64,000 bases of DNA, from the NCBI RefSeq assembly GCF_032099025.1, contig NZ_DAMCID010000016.1, positions 37,472-101,471 on the forward strand. The letters are read 5' to 3'. Below, piece by piece: positions 9,812-20,996 of this stretch; within the stretch, counting starts at the first letter, position 1, and each line of letters begins with the position of its first letter. The notes under the pieces are model-generated. The model did not search any database. It had not been told where the DNA came from and was given only the letters and a program-made list of their open reading frames with translations. Source of the DNA: Stenotrophomonas sp. Lineage in GTDB: Bacteria > Pseudomonadota > Gammaproteobacteria > Xanthomonadales > Xanthomonadaceae. A program made the position numbers and the translations under genes.

Positions 9812-10540
9812 TCAGCGCGCGCCGGGGGCGAAGCGGGCAACCAGGTCCCAGGCGTCGCCCAGGAACATCTGCCGCACGCAGGTGATGGGCTGTTCGCCGC
9901 GCCAGGTCAGGCGGTCGATCACCAGGCAGGCCGTGCCCGGCTTGACCTCCAGCAGCGCAGCAGCAGCCGCATCGGCGCCCCAGGCGCTGATGCGGTGCTG
10001 GGCGCGCGTCCACGACACGTTCTGCAGCAGCCAGCTGCCCGGCGCGGTGGTGTTGAAATCGACCGCCAGCACGTCCGGCACGCCCACCGGGCTGATCAGC
10101 CGGTGCTCCAGCGCGAACGGTTTGCCATCGGCGCGGTGCAGGCAGCGTATCGCCAGCAGTTTTTCGCTCCCTGACAGGGCCACTTCCTCGCTGGCCTCGG
10201 CATTCGGGCTGCGGTAGGCGCGATCGAGCAGCTGGTAGCCGTAGACGTGGCCGCGCGCACCGACCGCCATCGCGATGTCCGGTATTTCCAGCGCCACCTG
10301 CTCCAGGTGCGGCGGTTGCCGGGCCACGAACGAACCGGCACGGCGACGACGTTCGATCATGCCGCTCTCGGCCAGCGCGGTGAGCACCTTGTTCACCGTC
10401 ATGCGCGAGCAGCCGTACTGCTCCATCAGTTCGTGTTCGTACGGGATGCGGAACCCCGGCGGCCATTCGCCGCTGAGAATGCGGCTTTCCAGCTCGGCAC
10501 GGATGCGCTGGTTGAGGGTGGCTGCTTTCTTGCCCGTCAC
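9812..10540 (-). CDS. hutC: Histidine utilization repressor (GntR HTH plus UTRA)
   Basis: GEWPPGFRIPYEHELMEQYGCSRMTVNKVL HTH, UTRA domain, hut context. Confidence 0.93.
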   Translation of the reverse strand: MTGKKAATLNQRIRAELESRILSGEWPPGFRIPYEHELMEQYGCSRMTVNKVLTALAESGMIERRRRAGSFVARQPPHLEQVALEIPDIAMAVGARGHVYGYQLLDRAYRSPNAEASEEVALSGSEKLLAIRCLHRADGKPFALEHRLISPVGVPDVLAVDFNTTAPGSWLLQNVSWTRAQHRISAWGADAAAAALLEVKPGTACLVIDRLTWRGEQPITCVRQMFLGDAWDLVARFAPGAR

Positions 10541-10569
10541 TCGGGAGTCCTGGAATGGGTGGGCGGGGA

Positions 10570-11952
10570 TCAGCGCGCGGCGGTCAGCACGCTGCGCAGG
10601 GCCTGGACGAAGCGCGCCGCCACGGCGTCGCGCTGCACATGGCGTCCCTGCCGGACCAGTTCGCGTCCCCCGCGCCAGACCGATCGCACGGCACCATTAC
10701 GTGCGGCGAACACCCAGCTGTCAAGCCAGGCATCCCCTTCGCGCGCGATCATCGCCGGGTGCTGCGGATCCAGTTCGACCACATCGGCCGGCGCGCCCAC
10801 CTGCAGGCCCGTAGTCACGCCCAGCGCCTGTGCGGCGCCGCGCAACGACTGCTCGAACAACCAGCGCCCGCTGGAGGTGTCGTCCTGCGGTGCCAGCACG
10901 TTGCGCCCGCGCAGCTGCAGGCGCTGGCCGTACTCGAGCAGGCGCAGTTCCTCGGCCGCATCAATCAGCACGTTGGAATCCGAGCCGACGCCGAAGCGGC
11001 CGCCGGCACGCGCGAAGCCCTGCATCGGGAACAGGCCATCGCCCAGGTTGGCTTCAGTGATCGGGCACAGCCCGACCACCGCGCGGCTGTCGAGCATGCG
11101 CTGCACTTCGTCAGCGTCCACATGGGTGGCGTGGACCAGGCACCAGCGCGCGTCGACCGCCGCGTGTTCGTACAGCCAGCGCACCGGGCGAAGACCGCTC
11201 CAGGCCACGCACGCGTCCACTTCACGGGTCTGTTCGGCGATGTGGATGTGCACCGGGCCGTCATTGAGTGGCAGCAGGGCCTGCAACTCTTCGCCGGTCA
11301 CGGCGCGCAGGCTGTGCGGAGCGATGCCCAGCACCGCATCGGGCTGCCCGCGCAGCGCCTGGCGGCAGCGGTCGAGCAGCGCGGCGAAACCGTCCACGTC
11401 GTGGATCAGCCGACGCTGCGCCGGGTTCGGCGGGGCCCCACCGAAATCGGCATGCGCGTAGAACACCGGCAGCAGGGTCAGGCCGATGCCACTGCCCTGC
11501 GCGGCAGCGGCGATGCGCCCGGCCATCTCGGCGCGGTCCGCGTAGGGCGTGCCATCGGCGGCGTGGTGCAGGTAGTGGAACTCGCCCACGCGGGTGAAGC
11601 CGGATTCGAGCATCTCCACGTAGGCCTGTTCGGCGATGGCCTGCACCGCCTCCGGCTGCAGGTGGGCCAGGAAGCGGTACATCAGCTCGCGCCAGCTCCA
11701 GAAGCTGTCGCCGCTGCGCCCGCCGATCTCGGTCAGCCCCGCCATGCCGCGCTGGAACGCATGGCTGTGCAGGTTGCCCAGCCCGGGCAGCGCGATCGAC
11801 AGGGGGGTATCGCCCGGCTGCGCCGGCACACCGGCGGTCACCTCCTGCAGCGTGCCCCCTACCCCGACGATCCGCACATCGCGCGCCCAGCCCTGCGGCA
11901 GCAAGGCATGTTCGGCATGGAAGGCGACGGCAGAGGCAGGGTTGGCTGGCAT
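10570..11952 (-). CDS. hutF: Formimidoylglutamate deiminase
   Basis: NLHSHAFQRGMAG, EFHYLHH, HIHIAEQ..EV, GSDSN amidohydrolase motifs. Confidence 0.95.
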   Translation of the reverse strand: MPANPASAVAFHAEHALLPQGWARDVRIVGVGGTLQEVTAGVPAQPGDTPLSIALPGLGNLHSHAFQRGMAGLTEIGGRSGDSFWSWRELMYRFLAHLQPEAVQAIAEQAYVEMLESGFTRVGEFHYLHHAADGTPYADRAEMAGRIAAAAQGSGIGLTLLPVFYAHADFGGAPPNPAQRRLIHDVDGFAALLDRCRQALRGQPDAVLGIAPHSLRAVTGEELQALLPLNDGPVHIHIAEQTREVDACVAWSGLRPVRWLYEHAAVDARWCLVHATHVDADEVQRMLDSRAVVGLCPITEANLGDGLFPMQGFARAGGRFGVGSDSNVLIDAAEELRLLEYGQRLQLRGRNVLAPQDDTSSGRWLFEQSLRGAAQALGVTTGLQVGAPADVVELDPQHPAMIAREGDAWLDSWVFAARNGAVRSVWRGGRELVRQGRHVQRDAVAARFVQALRSVLTAAR

Positions 11953-11977
11953 GACTGGACATCCCGGAAGAGGCGCC

Positions 11978-11996
11978 TATATTGTATAGACATATA
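11978..11996. promoter_or_regulatory. Putative HutC operator
   Basis: TATATTGTATAGACATATA between divergent hutF and hutI; core TGTA-TA-GACA resembles the TGTA-N2-TACA HutC box. Confidence 0.75.
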
Positions 11997-12015
11997 AGCC
12001 GCCGTGGTTGCTGCC

Positions 12016-13215
12016 ATGCACTGTGACACCCTCTGGACCAACGCCCACCTGATCACCGCCGATGGCCCTGGCCTGGGCGTGATCCGCGACGGGGTGATCG
12101 CCGCCCGCGATGGCCACATCGTGCACGTGGGCGCGGCCGGTTCGGCGGACCCTCTTGAGCCCGTGCAGCGCGTGGACTGCGGCGGGCGCTGGATCAGCCC
12201 GGGCCTGATCGACTGCCACACCCACCTGGTGTACGCCGGCAACCGCGCCAATGAATTCGAGCAGCGCCTTCAGGGCGTGAGCTATGCCGATATCGCCCGC
12301 GCGGGCGGCGGCATCGTCTCCACGGTACGCGCCACCCGTGCCGCCAGCGAGGACGCGCTGCTGGCCGCCAGCCTGCCACGGCTGGACGCGATGCTGGCCG
12401 AAGGCGTCACCACCGTGGAGATCAAGTCGGGCTACGGCCTGAGCCTGGAGGACGAGACCAAGCAGCTGCGCGTGGCCCACGAACTGGCACGCCAGCGCGC
12501 GGTGGAGGTGGTGCCCACCTTCCTCGGCGCGCACGCGGTGCCGCCCGGCCGCCAGGCGCAGGAGTACATCGACGAGGTGTGCAACGTGATGATCCCGGCG
12601 GTGGCCGCACAGGGCCTGGCCGACGCCGTGGACGTGTTCTGCGAGAGCATCGCCTTCAGCACCGCGCAGGCCGAACAGGTATTTGCCGCTGCACGGCAGC
12701 ACGGACTGGCGGTGAAGATCCACGCCGAGCAGCTGACCAACCAGCATGGCGCGGCGCTGGCCGCCCGCTACGGCGCGCTGTCGGCCGACCACATCGAACA
12801 CCTCGACGCCGAGGGCATTGCCGCCATGCGTGCGGCCGGTACCGTGGCGGTGCTGCTGCCCGGCGCGTTCTATTTCACCCGCGACACCACCCTGCCCCCG
12901 ATCGACGCGCTGCGCGCGGCCGGGGTGCCATTGGCGCTGGCCACCGACAGCAACCCGGGCACGTCGCCGCTGACCAGCCCGCTGCTGGCCATGAACATGG
13001 CCGCCACCCTGTTCCGCATGACCGTGGACGAATGCATCGCCGGCTTCACCCGTGAAGCGGCGCGTGCACTGGGCCGGCAGGACCGGATCGGACGGCTGGC
13101 GGTCGGCCTGGACTGCAACCTGGCCCTGTGGGACATCGAGGCACCCGCCGACCTTGTCTACCGCATGGGCTTCAATCCCCTGCACGCGCGTGTGATGCGC
13201 GGCGTATCCGTCTGA
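12016..13215 (+). CDS. hutI: Imidazolonepropionase
   Basis: [33 protein letters not shown]. Confidence 0.96.
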   Translation: MHCDTLWTNAHLITADGPGLGVIRDGVIAARDGHIVHVGAAGSADPLEPVQRVDCGGRWISPGLIDCHTHLVYAGNRANEFEQRLQGVSYADIARAGGGIVSTVRATRAASEDALLAASLPRLDAMLAEGVTTVEIKSGYGLSLEDETKQLRVAHELARQRAVEVVPTFLGAHAVPPGRQAQEYIDEVCNVMIPAVAAQGLADAVDVFCESIAFSTAQAEQVFAAARQHGLAVKIHAEQLTNQHGAALAARYGALSADHIEHLDAEGIAAMRAAGTVAVLLPGAFYFTRDTTLPPIDALRAAGVPLALATDSNPGTSPLTSPLLAMNMAATLFRMTVDECIAGFTREAARALGRQDRIGRLAVGLDCNLALWDIEAPADLVYRMGFNPLHARVMRGVSV

Positions 13216-13238
13216 CCTTTGTGATGTCTGGAGATTCC

Positions 13239-14780
13239 ATGAGCAACACCCTGACCCTGCAGCCCGGCGCGGTGACGCTGACCCAGTGGCGCGCGATCTA
13301 CGACGGTGCGCGCGTGCGCCTGGACCCGGCCTCCGCCGGGGCCGTCCTGCGCAGCGCGCAGACGGTGGCCGACATCGTCGCGAAGGGCGAGCCGGTGTAC
13401 GGCATCAACACGGGCTTCGGCAAGCTGGCCAGCGTCCGCATCGAGCGCGATGACCTGGAAACCCTGCAGCGCAATATCGTGCTCTCGCACGCGGCCGGCG
13501 TGGGCGAGCCGATGCCGGCCGCCGTGGTGCGGCTGATGATGGCGCTCAAGCTCACCAGCCTGGCCCAGGGCGCCTCCGGCATCCGCCCGGAAACGCTGGC
13601 CCTGCTGGAAGCCTTCCTGCAGCACGACATCGTGCCGGTGATTCCGTGCCAGGGCTCGGTGGGCGCCTCGGGCGACCTGGCCCCGCTCTCGCACCTGGCC
13701 AGCGTGATGATCGGGGTGGGTGAGGCCTTCGTGGGCGGCGAGCGCCTGCCGTCGGCAGAGGCGCTGGCCCGGCTTGGGCTGGCGCCGTTGGTGCTGGGCG
13801 CCAAGGAAGGCCTGGCGCTGCTCAACGGCACGCAGTACTCCACGGCGTACGCGCTGGCCGGCCTGTTCGAGATCACCACCGTGTTCCAGGCCGCACTGGT
13901 CACCGGCGCGCTGTCGGTGGAAGCGGCCAAAGGCTCGGACACGCCGTTCGATCCGCGCATCCATCAGATCCGCGGCCAGCGCGGGCAGATCGCCACCGCC
14001 GCCGCGCTGCGCACGCTGATGCAGGGCTCGGCGATCCGTGAATCGCACCGCGACAACGACGTTCGCGTGCAGGACCCGTACTGCCTGCGCTGCCAGCCGC
14101 AGGTGATGGGCGCTGCGTACGATGTGATGCGCCAGGCCGCCACCACACTGGCGATCGAAGCCAACGGCGTGTCCGACAACCCGCTGGTGTTCACCGACAC
14201 CAACGAAGCCCTGAGCGGCGGCAACTTCCACGCCGAACCGGTGGCCTTCGCCGCCGACATGCTGGCGATGGCGGTCTGCGAGATCGGCTCGATCAGCGAA
14301 CGCCGCACCGCCATGCTGGTGGACCCGGCGCTGTCCGGCCTGCCCGCCTTCCTCACCCCGAAGCCGGGCCTCAACTCGGGCTTCATGATTCCGCAGGTCA
14401 CCGCCGCCGCGCTGGTGTCGGAAAACAAGCAGCGCGCCTACCCGGCCAGCGTGGATTCGATCCCGACCTCAGCCAACCAGGAAGACCACGTGTCGATGGC
14501 CGCGCATGGCGCGCGCCGCCTGCTGCAGATGGCCGAGAACGCCGCCAACGTGGTCGGCATCGAGCTGCTGGCCGCCGCGCAGGGCTGCGACTTCCACGCC
14601 GGCCTGCGTTCCAGCGGAGCACTGGAACGCGTGCGTGGCCGCCTGCGGGCGCAGGTGCCGACCCTGCAGGACGACCGCTATTTCCACCCCGACATGCTGG
14701 CGGCGACCGCGCTGGTGCGCAGCGGCGCGCTGGCCGAAGGCCTGGCCGACATCCTGCCGCAGGTGGAGCCGCTGGCATGA
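13239..14780 (+). CDS. hutH: Histidine ammonia-lyase
   Basis: [20 protein letters not shown] (MIO-forming ASG), [16 protein letters not shown]. Confidence 0.97.
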   Translation: MSNTLTLQPGAVTLTQWRAIYDGARVRLDPASAGAVLRSAQTVADIVAKGEPVYGINTGFGKLASVRIERDDLETLQRNIVLSHAAGVGEPMPAAVVRLMMALKLTSLAQGASGIRPETLALLEAFLQHDIVPVIPCQGSVGASGDLAPLSHLASVMIGVGEAFVGGERLPSAEALARLGLAPLVLGAKEGLALLNGTQYSTAYALAGLFEITTVFQAALVTGALSVEAAKGSDTPFDPRIHQIRGQRGQIATAAALRTLMQGSAIRESHRDNDVRVQDPYCLRCQPQVMGAAYDVMRQAATTLAIEANGVSDNPLVFTDTNEALSGGNFHAEPVAFAADMLAMAVCEIGSISERRTAMLVDPALSGLPAFLTPKPGLNSGFMIPQVTAAALVSENKQRAYPASVDSIPTSANQEDHVSMAAHGARRLLQMAENAANVVGIELLAAAQGCDFHAGLRSSGALERVRGRLRAQVPTLQDDRYFHPDMLAATALVRSGALAEGLADILPQVEPLA

Positions 14781-15625
14781 ACAGCCACCCGGAGTGGCTG
14801 CAGGTCCACGAGGGCGATGCGCCGCTGATCGTCAGCTTCCCGCACACCGGCAGCGAACTGCCCGATGCGCTGGTGGACGGCTTCGTCTCGCCGTGGCTGG
14901 CACGCCGCGACGCGGATTGGTGGGTGCACGAGCTGTATGACTTCGCCCAGCGCCTCGGCGCGACCACGGTGCGCTCGGCGATCTCGCGTTCGGTGATCGA
15001 TCTCAACCGCGATCCCAGCGGGGTGTCGCTGTATCCGGGCCAGAACACCACCGGGCTGTGCCCGCTGACCACCTTCGACAACCAGCCCCTGTACCACTCG
15101 GGCCGGGCGCCGGATGCGGACGCCATCGCCCTGCGCCGCGACACCTGGTTCGCGCCCTACCACGACGCGCTGTCCGCGCAGATCGCCCGGTTGCGCCAAC
15201 GACACGCCACCGTGGTGGTGTACGACGCGCACTCGATCCGCTCGCACATTCCGCACCTGTTCGACGGTGAGCTGCCGCAGTTCAACCTGGGCACGGCGGG
15301 GCCGTCCGGCGCGCCGGATACCTCGTGCGACAACGCGCTCAGCGACGTGGTGGAGAACCTGTGCCGGCTCAGCGGGATGGGCCACGTGCGCAACGGCCGC
15401 TTCAAGGGCGGCTGGATCACCCGCCACTACAGCGACATCCCCGGCGGCGTGCACAGCCTGCAGATGGAGCTGGCCTGCCGCGGCTACATGCACGAACCGG
15501 AACAGGTGGACGTGCACAGCTGGCCCACCCCGCTCGACCCCGATCACGCTGCACCGCTGCGCCAGACGCTGCAGCAGGTGCTGACTGCCTGCCTTGAATT
15601 CGCGAACTCCCGGAGTGCTGCATGA
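14777..15625 (+). CDS. hutG: N-formylglutamate deformylase
   Basis: [33 protein letters not shown] overlap with hutH. Confidence 0.93.
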   Translation: MNSHPEWLQVHEGDAPLIVSFPHTGSELPDALVDGFVSPWLARRDADWWVHELYDFAQRLGATTVRSAISRSVIDLNRDPSGVSLYPGQNTTGLCPLTTFDNQPLYHSGRAPDADAIALRRDTWFAPYHDALSAQIARLRQRHATVVVYDAHSIRSHIPHLFDGELPQFNLGTAGPSGAPDTSCDNALSDVVENLCRLSGMGHVRNGRFKGGWITRHYSDIPGGVHSLQMELACRGYMHEPEQVDVHSWPTPLDPDHAAPLRQTLQQVLTACLEFANSRSAA

Positions 15626-17286
15626 CCCGTCACGATTCCACCCGCACCATCATCGCGCCCACCGGCACCACGCTCACCGCCAAGAGCTGGCTGACCGAGG
15701 CGCCGCTGCGCATGCTGATGAACAACCTGCACCCGGACGTGGCCGAGCGCCCGCAGGAACTGGTGGTGTACGGCGGCATCGGCCGCGCCGCGCGCGACTG
15801 GGAAAGCTTCGATGCCATCGTGGAAACGCTCACCCGCCTGGACGACGACCAGACCCTGCTGGTGCAGTCGGGCAAGCCGGTCGGCGTGTTCCGCACCCAT
15901 GTGGATGCGCCGCGCGTGCTGATTGCCAATTCCAACCTGGTGCCGCGCTGGGCCAACTGGGACCACTTCAACGAGCTGGACAAGAAGGGCCTGGCGATGT
16001 ACGGCCAGATGACCGCCGGCAGCTGGATCTACATCGGCGCGCAGGGCATCGTGCAGGGCACCTACGAGACCTTCGTCGAAATGGGTCGCCAGCACTACAA
16101 CGGCAGCCTGGCCGGCAAGTGGCTGTTCACCGGCGGCCTGGGTGGCATGGGCGGCGCGCAGCCGCTGGCCGCGGTGATGGCCGGCGCCTCGTGCCTGGCG
16201 GTGGAATGCCGCCGGAGCAGCATCGAGATGCGCCTGCGCACCGGCTACCTGGACACCTGGACCGACGACCTGGACGAGGCGCTGCGCCTGATCGAGGAAT
16301 CGTGCACGGCGAAGAAGCCGCTGTCGGTCGGCCTGCTCGGCAACGTGGCCGACGTGCTGGACGAGCTGCTGGTGCGCGGGGTCAAGCCGGACCTGCTGAC
16401 CGACCAGACCTCCGCGCATGACCCGGTCAACGGCTACCTGCCGCAGGACTGGACGGTGGAAGAATGGGACGCAAAGCGCGTCTCCGCGCCGAAAGAAGTG
16501 GAAGCCGCCGCGCGCGAATCGATGGCCAACCACATCCGCGCCATGCTCGCCTTCCATGCGCTGGGTGTGCCGACCGTGGACTACGGCAACAACCTGCGCC
16601 AGATGGCGCTGGAAGAAGGCGTTGAAAATGCCTTCGACTTCCCCGGTTTCGTGCCCGCCTACATCCGCCCGCTGTTCTGCCGCGGTATCGGCCCGTTCCG
16701 CTGGGCCGCGCTGAGCGGTGATCCGGAGGACATCGCCAAGACCGATGCCAAGGTGAAGGAGCTGATCCCGGACAACCCGCACCTGCACCGCTGGCTGGAC
16801 ATGGCCGCCGAGAAGATCAAATTCCAGGGCCTGCCGGCGCGCATCTGCTGGGTCGGGCTGGGCGACCGCGACCGCTTGGGGCTGGCCTTCAACGAGATGG
16901 TCGCCAACGGCGAACTGAAGGCGCCGGTGGTGATCGGCCGCGATCACCTGGACAGCGGCAGCGTGGCCTCGCCCAACCGCGAGACCGAGGCGATGGCCGA
17001 CGGTTCGGATGCGGTGTCGGACTGGCCGCTGCTCAACGCCCTGCTCAATACCGCCAGCGGCGCCACCTGGGTGTCGCTGCACCACGGCGGCGGCGTGGGC
17101 ATGGGGTTCTCGCAGCATGCCGGCATGGTGATTGTGTGCGACGGCACCGAAGCGGCCGCCAAGCGCATCGCGCGGGTACTGTGGAACGACCCGGCCACCG
17201 GCGTAATGCGGCATGCGGATGCGGGGTATGAGATCGCCATCGAATGCGCGAAGGAGAAGGGGCTGGATCTGCCTGGGATTCTTTGA
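15622..17286 (+). CDS. hutU: Urocanate hydratase
   Basis: [47 protein letters not shown]. Confidence 0.98.
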   Translation: MTRHDSTRTIIAPTGTTLTAKSWLTEAPLRMLMNNLHPDVAERPQELVVYGGIGRAARDWESFDAIVETLTRLDDDQTLLVQSGKPVGVFRTHVDAPRVLIANSNLVPRWANWDHFNELDKKGLAMYGQMTAGSWIYIGAQGIVQGTYETFVEMGRQHYNGSLAGKWLFTGGLGGMGGAQPLAAVMAGASCLAVECRRSSIEMRLRTGYLDTWTDDLDEALRLIEESCTAKKPLSVGLLGNVADVLDELLVRGVKPDLLTDQTSAHDPVNGYLPQDWTVEEWDAKRVSAPKEVEAAARESMANHIRAMLAFHALGVPTVDYGNNLRQMALEEGVENAFDFPGFVPAYIRPLFCRGIGPFRWAALSGDPEDIAKTDAKVKELIPDNPHLHRWLDMAAEKIKFQGLPARICWVGLGDRDRLGLAFNEMVANGELKAPVVIGRDHLDSGSVASPNRETEAMADGSDAVSDWPLLNALLNTASGATWVSLHHGGGVGMGFSQHAGMVIVCDGTEAAAKRIARVLWNDPATGVMRHADAGYEIAIECAKEKGLDLPGIL

Positions 17287-17290
17287 GGGC

Positions 17291-17360
17291 GTGCCGACCA
17301 ACGATCGACACCTGGCGTGGAGGATTCCTCCGTCGGTAGGTGCGGACCGCTGGTCCGCAC
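17291..17360. repeat. REP pair (one degenerate copy, one intact)
   Basis: GTAG-GTGCGGACC-GCT-GGTCCGCAC at 17336-17360; degenerate opposite-orientation copy at 17291-17315. Confidence 0.7.
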
Positions 17361-17485
17361 AAAGGAACCGTACGCCTTCGGCGGGTGACGGCGGCGGCGC
17401 AACCTGTTAACTTTCGCGCCCTCGCGATGGTTTACAGGACGTCGCCCTGTCGACTGCTGCTCCATTCCGTACCGGTTCCAGACGC

Positions 17486-19606
17486 ATGCCCCCTCTTCTG
17501 TCGTTGCACCGCCCCACCCTGTCCGCGCTGACCCTGGCCCTCTGTGCAGCCCTTGCGGCCGCCGCCCACGCCGCCCCGGGCGACAAGGCCACCACCCTGG
17601 ACGCGGTGAACGTTACCGCCGCCAACGCCACCGCGCAGGCGCGCGACGCGCTTAAACGCGTGCCCGGCGCCGGCAACGTGATCGACCTGGCCAAGGCCGA
17701 GGGCCGCTTGGCTGGCAGCGCCGACGTGCTCGCCTACCAGCCCGGCATCAGCGCGCAGTCACCCGGCAATGAAGGGGCCAAGGTGTCGATCCGTGGTTCG
17801 GGGATCAACCGTGGCCCGGGCGCACATGCGTCCGGCATCGCCGTGTCGCTGGATGGCCTGCCGCTGAGTGGACCGGGCGGCACGCCGTATGAACTGCTGG
17901 AACCGCTGTGGCTGAGCCGCGTCGACGTGTTGCGTGGCGCCAATGGCATCGAGCGCGGTGCGCTGGCGCTGGGCGGCGCGATCGACTACGTCAGCCGCAG
18001 CGGCCGGGATTCGGCCGGGCTGGAGCTGCACTACGAAGCCGGCAGCCGCGGCTACCAGAAGCGCGGCGTGGGCTACGGCGGCGTTGCCGGTGACGTGGAC
18101 TACTACCTGGCCTACACCGACAGCGAGTACGACGGCTACCAGCATCACGCGGCCGGCGACGGCAAGGGCGCGATGGCCAACGTCGGCTGGCAGATCAATC
18201 CAGAGCTGGAAACGCGCTTCTTCCTGCGTTACCGCGAGACCAACCACGAAACGCCCGGGCGCCTGACCCGCGACCAGATCCGCCACGATCCGCGCGCGGC
18301 CAATCCGGCCAACCTGGCCATCGACGCGCGCCGCCCGCAGCCGGGCAGCACCTGGCTGGGCAACATGACCACCCTGCAGATCGATGAGGATTCCTCGCTG
18401 CAGGCCGGGCTGGTGTATCACCACTACCCGATGGACTTGAACGAGAGCCTGTACCGGCAGCAGCTGGACTACACCAACCTCAATGCCACGCTCGACTACC
18501 GCCGGCGCCACACGCTGTTCGGCCGCGACAGCGTGACCACGCTCGGCCTGCGCGTCACCCACGACCTGGATGCCGACGTGCGCGAAACGCTGCGCTTCGC
18601 CAACAACGGCTACCCTGCCGGCACCCATACCCGCGACTTCTCGCACCACGGCACCGACAGCACGCTGCACGTGGGCAACGACCTGGCGCTGAGCGACACG
18701 CTGCGCCTGCAGACCGGGCTGGCGCTGATCAACACCCGCCGCGACGTGCAGGTCACCTGGCCGTCCACCCCGGAGCGCTTGCGCGAGCACCAGTGGGACT
18801 ACGCACCGCGGCTGGGCTTCACCTGGCAGCAGAGCGCGGCCACGCAGTGGTTCGGCAACCTGAGCCGTTCGGTGGAACCGCCGCATCCGTGGTCGATGAT
18901 CTGGGGCTCGAACCAGTACTTTGCCGCCGGCAATGGCGCCTCCACCGGCCGCCAGCGCGCGCCGGTGCCGCTGGACAACCAGACCGCCACCACGCTGGAG
19001 CTGGGCGCACGCGGCGACAGCGCGCTCGGCCACTGGGAGCTCACCGGCTACTACGCCCGCGTGCTGCACGAACTGCTCACTGTGGAAGTACTGCCGGTGC
19101 CGAACCTGTTCGTGGCCGAGAACAACGCCAGTCCTACCGTGCACCGTGGCCTCGAAGCCGGGCTGGACAGCGCGTTGTGGGAAGGTGCCGCCGGCCGACT
19201 CTCGCTGCGCCAGGCGTATACCTTCAGCGACTTCCGCTACCGCCACGACGCACGCTTCGGTGACAACCGCCTGCCCGGCCTGCCCCGCCACTACTACCAG
19301 GCCGAGCTGCGCTACGCGCACCCCACTGGCTTCTACGCTGCGCTCAACACCGAGTACGCGTCGAAGATGTTCGTCGATTACGCCAACAGCTTCAGTGCCG
19401 ACAGCCACGTGATCTTCGGCACCCGGGTGGGCTATGACGCGCCCGGTGGCCGCTGGCAGGCCTGGGCCGAACTGCGCAACCTGGACGACCGCCACTACGC
19501 GGCCACCGTCACGCCGGGCTACAACGATGCCGGCAAGGACGTGGCGCGCTCCACCCCGGGCGAAGGCCGCAGCGTCTACGCCGGGTTGCGCTGGCGCTTC
19601 GACTGA
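17486..19606 (+). CDS. TonB-dependent receptor
   Basis: Signal peptide, TonB box-like TLDAVNVTA, plug motif RVDVLRGAN, NLDDRHY, C-terminal aromatic WRFD. Confidence 0.92.
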   Translation: MPPLLSLHRPTLSALTLALCAALAAAAHAAPGDKATTLDAVNVTAANATAQARDALKRVPGAGNVIDLAKAEGRLAGSADVLAYQPGISAQSPGNEGAKVSIRGSGINRGPGAHASGIAVSLDGLPLSGPGGTPYELLEPLWLSRVDVLRGANGIERGALALGGAIDYVSRSGRDSAGLELHYEAGSRGYQKRGVGYGGVAGDVDYYLAYTDSEYDGYQHHAAGDGKGAMANVGWQINPELETRFFLRYRETNHETPGRLTRDQIRHDPRAANPANLAIDARRPQPGSTWLGNMTTLQIDEDSSLQAGLVYHHYPMDLNESLYRQQLDYTNLNATLDYRRRHTLFGRDSVTTLGLRVTHDLDADVRETLRFANNGYPAGTHTRDFSHHGTDSTLHVGNDLALSDTLRLQTGLALINTRRDVQVTWPSTPERLREHQWDYAPRLGFTWQQSAATQWFGNLSRSVEPPHPWSMIWGSNQYFAAGNGASTGRQRAPVPLDNQTATTLELGARGDSALGHWELTGYYARVLHELLTVEVLPVPNLFVAENNASPTVHRGLEAGLDSALWEGAAGRLSLRQAYTFSDFRYRHDARFGDNRLPGLPRHYYQAELRYAHPTGFYAALNTEYASKMFVDYANSFSADSHVIFGTRVGYDAPGGRWQAWAELRNLDDRHYAATVTPGYNDAGKDVARSTPGEGRSVYAGLRWRFD

Positions 19607-19720
19607 TACCGCACCGATGGCGCCAGTAGAAATACTGGTGCCAGGCGCAGGTATTGCCGTAGCCGCGGCGCGGGCGGCAGCGGACACTGGCACCTCCCAA
19701 CCGGTCCTGCGGAGTGTCCC

Positions 19721-20137
19721 GTGAACCACCTTGCCTCGCACCTTGCCTGCTCGCTCGTGCTCTGCCTGGGGCTGACCGCCACCAGCCAGGCGCAGTCCGT
19801 GGGCGACACCGCCGCGCAGCGCTTCGCCGCCCTGGACAAGAACAACGACGGCCGGGTCAGCGACGACGAATACGACGCCGGCGCACTGTTCCGCACCCTC
19901 GATGCCGACCACAACTACCGTGTGAGCGTCGAAGAAGTCCAGGCCGTGCTCGGCCCGGACCGCGATGGCCAGCTCACGGCGGCCGACCGGATCCGGGTGG
20001 CCGACCTCAATGGTGATGGCGAGTTGAGCGAGGAGGAGGTCAGCCGCGTGGCCGACATGCGCTTCCAGTCGCTGGACACCAACCACGACCAGGAGCTGAC
20101 GTTGGCCGAACTGCAGGTGGGGTTCTGGCGGCCGTGA
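19721..20137 (+). CDS. Secreted EF-hand (calcium-binding) protein
   Basis: Signal peptide; DKNNDGRVSDDE, DLNGDGELSEEE and DTNHDQELTLAE loops; GTG start. Confidence 0.8.
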   Translation: MNHLASHLACSLVLCLGLTATSQAQSVGDTAAQRFAALDKNNDGRVSDDEYDAGALFRTLDADHNYRVSVEEVQAVLGPDRDGQLTAADRIRVADLNGDGELSEEEVSRVADMRFQSLDTNHDQELTLAELQVGFWRP

Positions 20138-20177
20138 CGCACGCTGCGGCGTATTGCCGGCTGCGCGGCCGCTGGAC

Positions 20178-20537
20178 TCAGACCAGCGAGCCCATCATGA
20201 AATACGGCAGGTACATCGCAAAGATGACGCTCACCGCGCCCAGCAGTGCCGCGCCCAGTCCGAACACCCCGGCCACGATGCGACCGGGCACGGTGGGGCG
20301 GAAGTACCAGCCCGCCCCTACCAGCAGCGGCGCCAGCCAGGCCAGCAGGTAGGCCTGGCTGAAGGCGTTGGTGAGCCACGGCAGCGGTTGGCCGACGCTG
20401 CCGAACAGTGTCGCGAAACTCGGCATCGCCACCACGCCGACCAGGGTCACCACGCAGGCCATGCCCAGGCTGGCCAGCAGGCCCAGCCACGGCAGGATGC
20501 CGGCGACGCGCTGCAGGAGCGGATGAACGACGTGCAT
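20178..20537 (-). CDS. Small membrane protein with GspF/PilC-like TM motifs
   Basis: VVAMPSFATLFGSVGQPLPWLT and terminal AMYLPYFMMGSLV; three hydrophobic segments. Confidence 0.6.
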   Translation of the reverse strand: MHVVHPLLQRVAGILPWLGLLASLGMACVVTLVGVVAMPSFATLFGSVGQPLPWLTNAFSQAYLLAWLAPLLVGAGWYFRPTVPGRIVAGVFGLGAALLGAVSVIFAMYLPYFMMGSLV

Positions 20538-20568
20538 GGTGACTCCTTCAACGAGGGGAACGCGCGAT

Positions 20569-20946
20569 TCAGCCGGCGGCGTTGATCACCGCTTCGAGCC
20601 GGTGACCGTCGGGATCGATCACGAACGCGGCATAGTACTGCGCGCCATAGTCCGGACGCAGCCCCGGCGCACCGTTGTCGCGCCCGCCCGCGTGCTGTGC
20701 GGCGCGGTGGAAGGCGTCCACCGCGTTGCGCGAGGGCGCGGCGAACGCTAGATGGAAGCCCGCCCCGGGGGCGGTGGCGTCATCGCGCAGCTTCAGGCAC
20801 AGCAGGTCGTTGTCGTCGACCAGGCCGTAGCCGATCGCGGTCTCGTCCTCGAACACACGGCGGTAGCCGAGCGCTTCCAGGAGCGCGTCGTAGAACGCGC
20901 CGGCCACGGCGAGGTCACGAACGCCGAGCGAAATGTGGTGCAGCAT
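20569..20946 (-). CDS. VOC/glyoxalase family protein
   Basis: MLHHISLGVRDL...FYDALL, HLAF.A, YYAAFVIDPDGHRLEAV. Confidence 0.9.
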   Translation of the reverse strand: MLHHISLGVRDLAVAGAFYDALLEALGYRRVFEDETAIGYGLVDDNDLLCLKLRDDATAPGAGFHLAFAAPSRNAVDAFHRAAQHAGGRDNGAPGLRPDYGAQYYAAFVIDPDGHRLEAVINAAG

Positions 20947-20996
20947 GCGAAGTCATCCGTGTCGTCACGATGCGTGATTGTAGACGCGCGCCACGC

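Noticed and set aside
17759..20086. Long antisense ORFs (also 21772..24255, 24278..26452, 29221..32550, 36542..39235, 40317..42008, 51531..53975)
   Set aside because: These are shadow frames opposite well-supported genes, typical of high-GC DNA, with no recognisable motifs.
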